DNA of 34,847 nucleotides, taken from positions 1-34,847 of the IMG/VR virus record IMGVR_UViG_3300038673_000693. One strand, 5' to 3'. How positions within the stretch are numbered: position 1 is the stretch's first letter; each line of letters begins with the position of its first letter. Origin of the DNA: a virus (taxonomy: Duplodnaviria > Caudoviricetes). Under the pieces are notes generated by a model. The model ran no database searches. It was not told the DNA's origin and saw only the letters and a list, made by a program, of their open reading frames with translations. Of the stretch, positions 7,034-15,282 are shown one piece after another. The position numbers and the translations under genes were made by a program.

Positions 7034-7423
7034 ATGAAAGAACATCTGATTAGAATTTCCATCCTTGTACTCGGTATCGGGTTTGCCGTTATCCTTGGCC
7101 ACTTCAGGCCGGAATGGAAAAGCAGAAAGACACTCATAAGCTGGGTGTGGACTATAGCTGCAATAGACATCATGGTAATGGACGACACCTTTGCAAAATC
7201 TTTATCCGCGCAGATATTTATCGCAGGAGCCTTGCTGCTTAATATAATCAACTTCATCGGGGACAGAATTGAAAACATCAAATTTAAAGACTTCTCCGCC
7301 TCACTGTCCACAGAGAAAGAATATGATAAAAAGCATTCTATCACTAAGAAGAAACAGAAACCAGACAATCAATGGCCAGATGGCAGGCCAGAGCCTACTC
7401 CGACACCACCGAGGAAAAACTAA
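7034..7423 (+). CDS. Membrane protein with about 3 hydrophobic helices and a basic C-terminal tail (holin-like, unconfirmed)
   Basis: GAGGT RBS; hydrophobic segments in the first ~75 aa; no endolysin recognised in the window. Confidence 0.6.
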   Translation: MKEHLIRISILVLGIGFAVILGHFRPEWKSRKTLISWVWTIAAIDIMVMDDTFAKSLSAQIFIAGALLLNIINFIGDRIENIKFKDFSASLSTEKEYDKKHSITKKKQKPDNQWPDGRPEPTPTPPRKN

Positions 7424-7833
7424 TGGATATAAAGCTAAGTCAGCGCGAGGAAATGATGCAGCCCAAAGGTACTGTGGATGTTATCACCGAAGGGATAAAT
7501 GATTTCTTTCTGATAGAGGAAACTGATAGCACAGGGCAGAAGTGGATAAAGGATATCGAGACAATCACTGATTTCCTTGAAGAAGAAAAAGACAGGGTGG
7601 TTTTTTCTGTTCTCAGGCAGAGAGGACAAGACCCTATCTCTCCGTTTGAAGGGATACAGTGGGCTGAGACCATGATGAACGAGATACCGGTACCTCTGCT
7701 GATGCAGCAGATAATGGATGCTGCTATGAATGAAAGCAACTATGTAAACGTCAGTTTCGAGACAATTAAGATAAACGGGCAGGAGCAGCTTTCTGTACGT
7801 TTTAACACAATGAATATTTCACAACTGACTTAG
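7423..7833 (+). CDS. Possible baseplate sheath-initiator (gp25/Mu gp46-like) protein
   Basis: Start moved from 7372 to the ATG at 7423 (GAGG RBS, TAATG overlap). 136 aa; RG-x-DP-x4-EGIQW resembles the family motif. The CDS is solid and the function is tentative. Confidence 0.5.
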   Translation: MDIKLSQREEMMQPKGTVDVITEGINDFFLIEETDSTGQKWIKDIETITDFLEEEKDRVVFSVLRQRGQDPISPFEGIQWAETMMNEIPVPLLMQQIMDAAMNESNYVNVSFETIKINGQEQLSVRFNTMNISQLT

Positions 7834-7842
7834 GAGAGATAT

Positions 7843-8454
7843 ATGTCGAAAGAAAGTTATAGTCATCCAAGGCTTCCTGAAGTACTGGAAGCGTTTAAAC
7901 TGCTTCTTAACGACTCTATGGCACTGGACTACTGCGGTATCACCGGAAAGGACAGAAAACTTATACTTAATGACCCGGAGTTTACAAAAGAAGCAAGAAG
8001 GCTGAAGGCTGAAAAATATATTGAAGAGATAAATGATATCAACAGTATCATCAAAAGCCTCGGCAGGAGTAATGACGAGAATGCAAGGTTCTCTGACGGT
8101 GATGAAGACCCTACCAAGATATTAAACCTTAAAATGAAAGTCACGGCAATGAGAAGGGAGATGCTTTCCCTGACTTCAAGCGACACTGAAACGGAAGAAT
8201 CAGAGAGTCTTAATATCTTTTTTATTGATGTGACAAGGGAAGACTTTGAAAGGATGCTGAATGTAGAGATACACGAAGGGGACATGGACACGAGGTTTGT
8301 CGGAGAAGAGGGCAAGGAAGCTCCGATGGAAAGAGCTATCAGGGCTAAAGATGAAAATAAGCAGAAGAATACTATCCCTGCGGAGCTCCTGCGGAATACG
8401 ATTGAATATGTAAACGAGGATGGAGAGAAGATTATTGAAGAGGTCTTTGCATGA
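7843..8454 (+). CDS. terS: Terminase small subunit (positional call)
   Basis: AGGAG RBS, helical N-terminus, ATGA overlap with the large terminase. Confidence 0.7.
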   Translation: MSKESYSHPRLPEVLEAFKLLLNDSMALDYCGITGKDRKLILNDPEFTKEARRLKAEKYIEEINDINSIIKSLGRSNDENARFSDGDEDPTKILNLKMKVTAMRREMLSLTSSDTETEESESLNIFFIDVTREDFERMLNVEIHEGDMDTRFVGEEGKEAPMERAIRAKDENKQKNTIPAELLRNTIEYVNEDGEKIIEEVFA

Positions 8455-10892
8455 AAAAGAAGTTTCTGCTATCACATCAGACAGCCTTTATGCGAGCACC
8501 TTATCTTTATCCTGAGACAAGGTTTTTTATTTTTACTGCCGGGTACGGAGCAGGGAAAACATCTTCTGTGGCTACTGCTGTTACCTATGACATGATGATG
8601 CTTAAAGACAAGAGGGACAGGGAAGGCAGGAGACCGAGGATTGGCCTTGGAGGGAAGTCTCTCGGCCACCTGGTTAAAACCACCTTGGGCTATATTATCT
8701 CTGACCTTGAGAATAGTAAAACTCCTTATAAATATAACTCAAAAGAGAGTGTTCTTTCTGTCGGTAATGTTGACCTTTATCTTGTGTCACTCTCCCGTCC
8801 GGGGGATATTGTCGGTTATGACGTATGCGCCTTTTACGGGGATGAGATTGATGACCTTGGCTCTGTCTCTATATCGAGTGCTTCTGATATGACTTTTGAA
8901 GCTGTAAAGGCTGTGAATGAAAGGACGAGACAGGTGATACCAGGGTTTCGTCCTCCATGTGTGAAGCTTGCATCCACGTCTCAGGGGCAGAGAGGTCTTT
9001 ACCGCGTGGTGACTCAGTTTAATAAAGAACAGACCGGGTATGTACGGATTAAAGCAAGGACGAGAGATAACTTCTACCTTAAAAAAGATTATGTTGATTC
9101 TCTGTATAAGTTCTATACGGAAACAGAATGTATTGATGCAAAACAGAAAATTCTTTTTATAAGAAACAACAGTTTATTCTTTGCTCCGATTATAGAAGTG
9201 GAAAAAGGAGACTTAATTTTTAACTCTATCGGCTGGCAGGAAGTAGAGGCGAAAGTTATAAAGGGGATAAAGAAAACAATTAAAATAGGAAAAGTATTTG
9301 CAACTCCTGATCATAAAATTTATACTGGTTCTGAATGGGAAGTAAACGATCAGTTAAAAACAGTAGAATTTTATAACGAAGGAGATATTATATGGAATTG
9401 GATTTTAGAGAAATACAAAACACGCGTAAAAGAAGTCACGCAAAGGTACTTGAACTTGACGGACTTAAATGGTACTTGTACACCGGAAAACATTATTACA
9501 TGCGAAAGACCAAAGAAGGGAATTGTTACCTCCATCACTATGTTTATGAAAAGTTTGCGCAGCAGAAAATTCCTGCCGGTTATGTTATTCATCATAAAGA
9601 CGGAGATACTTTTAATAACCAGCCGGATAATCTGGAATGTCTTTCAGCTAAAAAGCATAAAGCCCTGCACTCAAGAGAGAGCGGAAGAGTGGAAACAATG
9701 CGAAAAGCACTCAACAAGAAACGGGAAACAAGTGAAGGAACAAAAAGAAGATGTGATTGCTGTGGAGAAAGCTACACCGCAAAAAATCAAAATTCAAAAT
9801 ACTGCAGCAGATGTCAAAACCCGGAAAGAAGAGCAAGCCTTGAAAGAAGAAAAACTGATTCTAAAAGATATTCTTCTGCTGAAGCGGTATGCCCGGTCTG
9901 TAAGAAAAAATTTACATACTCTGCTTCGTACAAAATTTATTGTTCCTCTACATGTAGGGACTCGATTAAACGAGTTGTCGAAGGTACAAAGTACGATAAG
10001 ACCTGTAAACAATGTAAAAGGAATTTTAAAACAGATTCAAAGACTCGGAAATTTTGTTCTGCAAAGTGTAAGTCACGATTTTACTATGAGAGAACATTTA
10101 GTAGTTGATCTTTCAATTAAAGGTGAACCGGAGTTTGTTGTTGGAGGGCTTCGTTGCCATAACTGCAAGGTCTACCTCGAAGGAGAATTTCTTTCTGTAG
10201 GCTCAGGGCGTATCTTTCCTGACTTTGACTGGGAGCAGAACTTCTCCCGGATTGCGATGGATAAGATGGTGAATCCTAAAGAGGAACTTTACTGGGCTCA
10301 GGACTTTAACATGGGTTACTTTAGAGGCTGCGTAGGAGTGCTCCGGGGGAATGCTATATATGTTATCAAGAGATACGAGTTTGAGCAGATTATGGACGCA
10401 CCGCGAGTTGTGCGATACGACTTTCCGCATAACAGGATATTGTGGATACCGGATGCCTCCTCTAACAACGAGATACTTACTTTCGCTTCTGAGCTTCGTA
10501 AGCATAATATCTACTGGGCCTTGAGAAGCAAGAACCCTAACATCGAAGACACCATATTTCTGGTGAATAAGCTACTATACACACGCAGGCTGGTGTTTAC
10601 TGAAATGGCAAAGGAGACCGCTGAGGCGTGCTCTCTTGCCCTGCGAGACCCGAAGACAGGGATGGTTCCTAAAGGCATCGGGAAGCGGAGTCCGATTCAC
10701 GACATCGATAGCTTGCGGATGCTATGCTACTTTTTAATCTTTAAACCTGTAATGAAAGACATCAGAGACCTGACTATACGCAGGAGACTTGAAGAATGGA
10801 AAGACGAGGAAGAGGTCTTCGGGGACAGGCAGGCTGCCAGAAATATAATCAAGACAGGCGGTTATTCAATAATTGGACCTGAATTATTATAA
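8451..10892 (+). CDS. terL: Terminase large subunit containing an intein (813-aa precursor, 468 aa after splicing)
   Basis: Walker A AGYGAGKT, Walker B FYGDE, RNase H-like nuclease motifs AQDFN, PDAS, HDIDSLR. The rejoined extein reads YTETE/CKVYLEGEF. Confidence 0.95.
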   Translation: MKKKFLLSHQTAFMRAPYLYPETRFFIFTAGYGAGKTSSVATAVTYDMMMLKDKRDREGRRPRIGLGGKSLGHLVKTTLGYIISDLENSKTPYKYNSKESVLSVGNVDLYLVSLSRPGDIVGYDVCAFYGDEIDDLGSVSISSASDMTFEAVKAVNERTRQVIPGFRPPCVKLASTSQGQRGLYRVVTQFNKEQTGYVRIKARTRDNFYLKKDYVDSLYKFYTETECIDAKQKILFIRNNSLFFAPIIEVEKGDLIFNSIGWQEVEAKVIKGIKKTIKIGKVFATPDHKIYTGSEWEVNDQLKTVEFYNEGDIIWNWILEKYKTRVKEVTQRYLNLTDLNGTCTPENIITCERPKKGIVTSITMFMKSLRSRKFLPVMLFIIKTEILLITSRIIWNVFQLKSIKPCTQERAEEWKQCEKHSTRNGKQVKEQKEDVIAVEKATPQKIKIQNTAADVKTRKEEQALKEEKLILKDILLLKRYARSVRKNLHTLLRTKFIVPLHVGTRLNELSKVQSTIRPVNNVKGILKQIQRLGNFVLQSVSHDFTMREHLVVDLSIKGEPEFVVGGLRCHNCKVYLEGEFLSVGSGRIFPDFDWEQNFSRIAMDKMVNPKEELYWAQDFNMGYFRGCVGVLRGNAIYVIKRYEFEQIMDAPRVVRYDFPHNRILWIPDASSNNEILTFASELRKHNIYWALRSKNPNIEDTIFLVNKLLYTRRLVFTEMAKETAEACSLALRDPKTGMVPKGIGKRSPIHDIDSLRMLCYFLIFKPVMKDIRDLTIRRRLEEWKDEEEVFGDRQAARNIIKTGGYSIIGPELL
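9129..10163 (+). mobile_element. Intein, 345 aa (Cys227-Asn571 of the TerL precursor)
   Basis: Block A CIDAKQKI, block B ATPDHKIYT, block F VVDLSIKGEPEFVVGG, block G CHN followed by +1 Cys. Confidence 0.93.
9392..10108 (+). CDS. HNH homing endonuclease with three zinc-ribbon repeats, nested out of frame inside the intein
   Basis: Own RBS AAGGAG-7nt-ATG; HNH motif IHHKDGDTFNNQPDNLECLSAKKH; three CxxC...C-x2-3-C modules; -1 frame relative to terL. Confidence 0.92.
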   Translation: MELDFREIQNTRKRSHAKVLELDGLKWYLYTGKHYYMRKTKEGNCYLHHYVYEKFAQQKIPAGYVIHHKDGDTFNNQPDNLECLSAKKHKALHSRESGRVETMRKALNKKRETSEGTKRRCDCCGESYTAKNQNSKYCSRCQNPERRASLERRKTDSKRYSSAEAVCPVCKKKFTYSASYKIYCSSTCRDSIKRVVEGTKYDKTCKQCKRNFKTDSKTRKFCSAKCKSRFYYERTFSS

Positions 10893-10963
10893 TTTACTTG
10901 ACAAAAAACAAAAAAGATTGATGCAATCTTTTATAGTATAATTCCAGCAAACAGAGGCGACAG

Positions 10964-12775
10964 GTGCTCGATTTTAAAAAGGATATTTGGCCAGTTATAG
11001 AAAGTGAATCAGTTTCCTCTGTCGTAACAGACAGCGCAGTCAGCATCAAGTCCAGAGAGTTTAAGCCTTTATCAGAAAAAGCTCTTAACTTCATCAATAC
11101 AAAAATTGAAAATGAGATGAAGATACAGACTGCTTTATCCTGTAAAAAGAATAAAAAGGAGCTTGTTACACTCGACTCACTTAAACAAAAAGCTGCTTCG
11201 TTTGGAGACATATTACTGACTAATCACAAGACAGGTAAAAATCTTCTTACTACTTTTGATAGTATGATACAGAGAGATGTCTCTCCGTTTATGGCAAACG
11301 GCTTTGGCATCTCTTCACAGTTTGCTAATAACAATATATGGATAAGCCCTGCGGAAGCCTCACTGATTTACTCAGGAAAAGGAATACCGGAGCTTATCAT
11401 TGAAAAGAAATCACACTCACCGCTTTTAAACGGCATCAAGATAAAGAACCCGAAACTTGAACCTAAAGAACTTGATAAGGTAGCCGATGATGTTATCCGG
11501 TATCAGTTCGATATGAGGATAGCGGAAGCAATCAGAGACAGCCTTGTGTTTGGCGGTGCTCTGTTCTTTCCTAAATTCAAAAACGATTCTCCCATGACAA
11601 CGTTTATGTCAGTGGAAAACCTTGTTAAGTACGGGGTGCTCGGTAAGAACAGTATAGAAAGGTTTATAACACTTGATAGATGGAACGTGGTATTTACTCC
11701 TGACTGGAATCCGCTTTCTTCAAGCTTTACAAAACCGCATTCCTACTTTATACCTTTTCTGGGCTCTGTATTAAATTCTGAAAGATGCTCACGGGTTGTT
11801 ACTTCTCCGGCAGCAGGCTACTGGGGAACCATGATGACACTCGGATGGGGAGTCTCTGACATACCGGGATGGATTGAATCTGTCCTTAATTATGATTCAG
11901 TAATGCAGGCAATACCTTACATGATTAAACAGATGTCTCTGCTTGCCAGGGTATTTGATACAAGCGGTATGTCTGCGATGGAAGGGGCTGCACTGCTCGA
12001 TATGATGAGTGAACACAATACTGTTCGTAACAGGGAGACCGGGCCGGAGAGTATTATTAACATAGACACAATAGGTGATTTAAAGGCTATAAGCAGGGAC
12101 TTTACTGAAGTGCCTGAGCTTGTAAGACTTCTCAGGCAGGATGTTGCAGCAAGGGCAAGGTATCCGGAGGAACTGATATGGTCCTCTGAAAGAGGAGCAT
12201 TCTCTTCAGGGGATTCAAGTGACTCAGCTTTTGAGAAGCAGACAGAAAATGTGCGTTATACTCACCTGAAGGTGGCCAAGCAGTTAAAAGAAGTTGTTAT
12301 GATATTTATCATTAACAGCCTCGGCACTTCAGACAGAGTGCTCAGGGCATTACCATATACTACGATTGAGTTTGACAATCCGAAGCTTTCCAATGCTAAG
12401 GATAGAAGTGAAATTGCAGCTAAGATTGGCAAAAGTATTTTTGACAGTGTTGCTGCAGGTATCCCGGTTCCTATTGCGATTAACATGGCGCAACAGCTTT
12501 CTGATAATGAATTTAGTTTGACCAGTGAACTGATGGAAGAGATTAAAGAGAGACAGGAACAGAATGATAAATATAATAATGAGAAAAGAGAACTGGAACT
12601 TGAGGTTTTAAAAGCTTCTGCTGAAAATGCTGAAAATCCTAAAGTGCCTAAACCGGAAGATGGTGATAAAAAAGGTCACAGCTATTCTGACAGGCTGGAA
12701 CAGAAGAAGCATGAAAAGGTGGGAGAAAGAAGGACTAAGAGCATTAGTGCCAGACAGGAGAGCAAAAAATTATGA
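10964..12775 (+). CDS. Portal protein (DUF1073-like)
   Basis: 603 aa directly after TerL, GTG start with GAGG. Segments such as AIRDSLVFGGA, LDRWNV and GWGVSDI resemble the family. Confidence 0.85.
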   Translation: MLDFKKDIWPVIESESVSSVVTDSAVSIKSREFKPLSEKALNFINTKIENEMKIQTALSCKKNKKELVTLDSLKQKAASFGDILLTNHKTGKNLLTTFDSMIQRDVSPFMANGFGISSQFANNNIWISPAEASLIYSGKGIPELIIEKKSHSPLLNGIKIKNPKLEPKELDKVADDVIRYQFDMRIAEAIRDSLVFGGALFFPKFKNDSPMTTFMSVENLVKYGVLGKNSIERFITLDRWNVVFTPDWNPLSSSFTKPHSYFIPFLGSVLNSERCSRVVTSPAAGYWGTMMTLGWGVSDIPGWIESVLNYDSVMQAIPYMIKQMSLLARVFDTSGMSAMEGAALLDMMSEHNTVRNRETGPESIINIDTIGDLKAISRDFTEVPELVRLLRQDVAARARYPEELIWSSERGAFSSGDSSDSAFEKQTENVRYTHLKVAKQLKEVVMIFIINSLGTSDRVLRALPYTTIEFDNPKLSNAKDRSEIAAKIGKSIFDSVAAGIPVPIAINMAQQLSDNEFSLTSELMEEIKERQEQNDKYNNEKRELELEVLKASAENAENPKVPKPEDGDKKGHSYSDRLEQKKHEKVGERRTKSISARQESKKL

Positions 12776-14034
12776 CAGGTAAAAAAGCTGTAACAGTAGA
12801 TGAGGCAAGTTCTTCTGCTATTATTGTGAAGAACGCTATACTTGCCCGTTCAGGCATCTATGTTTACTCACATGAGGAGATGCTTCGCAGGGGACATAAC
12901 CCGGAAGTGAAAAAAGATTTTTACAGAGAGTACAGACCTGCATCAGTGCTTGTAGCTGCTAAGGATAAGTTTAAATATGCTGTACTCACGAAAGAGCATC
13001 CGAGGTCTATTACAGCAGATAACATTCAGCAGGTGATAGAAGGTGTAGTTGGCAGTGATATAGATGTGGTATCTCTTGAGAATAATGAGATTGCCCTTAA
13101 AGGTGAAATCGCATTCTATACCAAAGACGGTGTAGAATATTATAATACAGGCGCAAAAGAAACCTCTGCTCAGTACATAAGTAAAGTATCTCCGGTTTTC
13201 GGACCTGAGTATGATTATATACTGGACGAGATTCAAGAAGTACAAGGTTTGGCATTAACACGTCAGGGACGAGGCGGTTCTTCCGTTGCGGTTCTTGATA
13301 GTTTAATCTCTGCAGAAGCAGAGAAAAAATTACAAGGAGATAAAGTAATGAGTAAAAACAGTATTTTGTCTTTTTTGGGTATCGGGAAAGCACCGCAGGA
13401 CGAATTATCGTCTCTTGTCATTGACAGTTTGACTGGCTATGATGCTCTTTCTGAAGACGCAAAAAAGGCACGAAGAGAAAAAGTTGACGCTCTGCTGAAT
13501 CCTCTTGCTGATTCACCGGAAAAGAAAATTCTGGTTGATACAGTAAAGGACTGTTTTGATTATCCGAAAGAAGTTCTGGAGAAAAAAGCAGAAGTAAGCA
13601 AGGGCCTGAAGTCTCTCTACAGTCTTTGTGTAAGCTCGGATGTAGCTGCTCTCCAGTCTACTTTCGACTCAATTAAAGAGAAGGAAGAAGACACAAAGGA
13701 CGCAGAGGAAGAAGAGAAAAAGAAAAAGGAAGCTGCTGAAAAGGAAGCCAAAGAAAAGGAAACCAAAGATGCAGAAGCCAAAGCAAAAGAAGACGAAGAG
13801 AAAAAGAAGAAGGAAGCTGAAGGAACTAAAGACTCTATCGTTCTTGATGCGGCAGGTCTGGAGGCTATCATAACTAAGGTTACAGATAGTGTTTCAGCAA
13901 AAATTGACGAAGCTGTAAAGAAACAGCTTGGTATTGAAGTGAAGAAAGAGGTAACAAACGACAGCATACTACCTTCTTTTTCTTCTGTAGAAAATGACAG
14001 TTCTTTTCTTCTGAAAGATATTTTTCATCAGTAA
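12772..14034 (+). CDS. Prohead protease/scaffold (DUF2213-like)
   Basis: Motifs ARSGIYVY, LTKEHP, ETSAQY, LALTRQGRGG; charged coiled-coil C-terminal half. Confidence 0.85.
   Translation: MTGKKAVTVDEASSSAIIVKNAILARSGIYVYSHEEMLRRGHNPEVKKDFYREYRPASVLVAAKDKFKYAVLTKEHPRSITADNIQQVIEGVVGSDIDVVSLENNEIALKGEIAFYTKDGVEYYNTGAKETSAQYISKVSPVFGPEYDYILDEIQEVQGLALTRQGRGGSSVAVLDSLISAEAEKKLQGDKVMSKNSILSFLGIGKAPQDELSSLVIDSLTGYDALSEDAKKARREKVDALLNPLADSPEKKILVDTVKDCFDYPKEVLEKKAEVSKGLKSLYSLCVSSDVAALQSTFDSIKEKEEDTKDAEEEEKKKKEAAEKEAKEKETKDAEAKAKEDEEKKKKEAEGTKDSIVLDAAGLEAIITKVTDSVSAKIDEAVKKQLGIEVKKEVTNDSILPSFSSVENDSSFLLKDIFHQ
13348..14034 (+). CDS. Scaffold protein from an in-frame internal start (228 aa)
   Basis: AAGGAG RBS before the in-frame ATG (Met193), just after the protease domain. 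Confidence 0.6.
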   Translation: MSKNSILSFLGIGKAPQDELSSLVIDSLTGYDALSEDAKKARREKVDALLNPLADSPEKKILVDTVKDCFDYPKEVLEKKAEVSKGLKSLYSLCVSSDVAALQSTFDSIKEKEEDTKDAEEEEKKKKEAAEKEAKEKETKDAEAKAKEDEEKKKKEAEGTKDSIVLDAAGLEAIITKVTDSVSAKIDEAVKKQLGIEVKKEVTNDSILPSFSSVENDSSFLLKDIFHQ

Positions 14035-14066
14035 GAACAGATGTTAAAAAGATAAGGAGATAATCT

Positions 14067-15260
14067 ATGGCTACTGAAATGTCAGGAAGTTTATTATCTG
14101 TAGCAGGGACTAAAGCATGGAAAGGGGGAGAACTTACAAACGGTTTTCTCATGCGAAATGCGGACGGTCGTGTTGCAGCAATCACTCAGTCAGGTACAAT
14201 AGACCTTACAGGCAACGCTGCTGTTCAGCAGGCTGTTCCTTTTGGTAATGGTCTTGTAAGGCTGCTTGCAGATGCAGGTCTTTCAGATATAAATGCTCTC
14301 AAAAGCGGTGTGCCTGGTAACAGTGTTTATCAGTTCGCAGGTATAGTTAAGTATGAACCAGGATGGGCGATTTCTCACCCGGTACAGAACTGGGGCATCC
14401 CTGCTTTTTCAAAATTTACAACTATTACCAGAGGTATTGTAGGGTATAAGTTCAGCCAGAAGGCAAATCAGACTAATGCTGATTACCTTGCTTTTATTAA
14501 AGGCGATAAATCAAAAGTGACAGCAATCGATACTTTTGAAGATTGGATGACAGCTCTTGCTGCTGCTCCAACAATCGGAAGTAATCTGTATCTTATATTC
14601 TCTATACTTACAGGCTTCCCGAAAGTTATAGTCGGTGGTCCTGATAAGCACAGTGTTTCAGTTCCTGAAGGTCATGTGCTTGTAGCTCAGGCAGTCGTGT
14701 TTGAACCTGAAAATGGTATGGTGGGTTTTGAGCTCGATGGCGATATCGCATACGGCAGCGCAGGCGAAGCTGAAGTTGATGTTTATTCTGTTACATATAA
14801 TGGCAACGGTTCAACAGGTGGTACTGTTCCGGTGGATACACATACTTACCTGCCGGGATCTTCTATTACCCTTGCAGCTAATACAGGTACACTTGCGAAG
14901 ACAGGCTCTTCATTCGTAGGATGGAATACTGCTGCTGATGGCAGCGGAATTTCTTATGCTCCGGGTGCAGTAATCGCGGCTGGTAATGCAGATCTTACAC
15001 TGTATGCTGAGTGGGCTGTTGAGTACACTGTAACATATAACGGCAATGGTTCGGACGGTGGAACTGTACCTGTTGACTCAGGTACCTATAATACTGGTGA
15101 AGCTGTGACAGTAGCTGCGAACTCCGGGACATTAACACTAACTGGTTCGACCTTCTCAGGATGGAATACCGCAGCTAACGGTTCTGGTATCACTTATCCT
15201 GTCGGTTCAAGTTTTGTTATGGGTGAAGCAAATGTGACCCTATATGCACTGTGGGTATAA
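14067..15260 (+). CDS. Capsid cement/decoration protein with two Listeria-Bacteroides (InlB B-type) repeats
   Basis: Lies between protease and capsid genes; two copies of Y-x-VTYNGNG...GWNTAA[D/N]GSG...TLYA-x-W. Confidence 0.75.
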   Translation: MATEMSGSLLSVAGTKAWKGGELTNGFLMRNADGRVAAITQSGTIDLTGNAAVQQAVPFGNGLVRLLADAGLSDINALKSGVPGNSVYQFAGIVKYEPGWAISHPVQNWGIPAFSKFTTITRGIVGYKFSQKANQTNADYLAFIKGDKSKVTAIDTFEDWMTALAAAPTIGSNLYLIFSILTGFPKVIVGGPDKHSVSVPEGHVLVAQAVVFEPENGMVGFELDGDIAYGSAGEAEVDVYSVTYNGNGSTGGTVPVDTHTYLPGSSITLAANTGTLAKTGSSFVGWNTAADGSGISYAPGAVIAAGNADLTLYAEWAVEYTVTYNGNGSDGGTVPVDSGTYNTGEAVTVAANSGTLTLTGSTFSGWNTAANGSGITYPVGSSFVMGEANVTLYALWV

Positions 15261-15282
15261 GGGATAGGAGGATAATATTATA

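Noticed and set aside
6940-7368. 142-aa minus-strand ORF
   Set aside because: Antisense to the membrane-protein gene and runs through a terminator; no recognisable motif.
7372-7422. Track start at 7372 for the 153-aa ORF
   Set aside because: ATG 7423 has a GAGG RBS and a TAATG overlap with the upstream stop.
9392-10108. Group I intron or sequencing frameshift as the explanation for the terL insert
   Set aside because: The terL frame is uninterrupted and bounded by complete intein motifs, and the HNH has its own RBS and stop. An error explanation needs two compensating indels.
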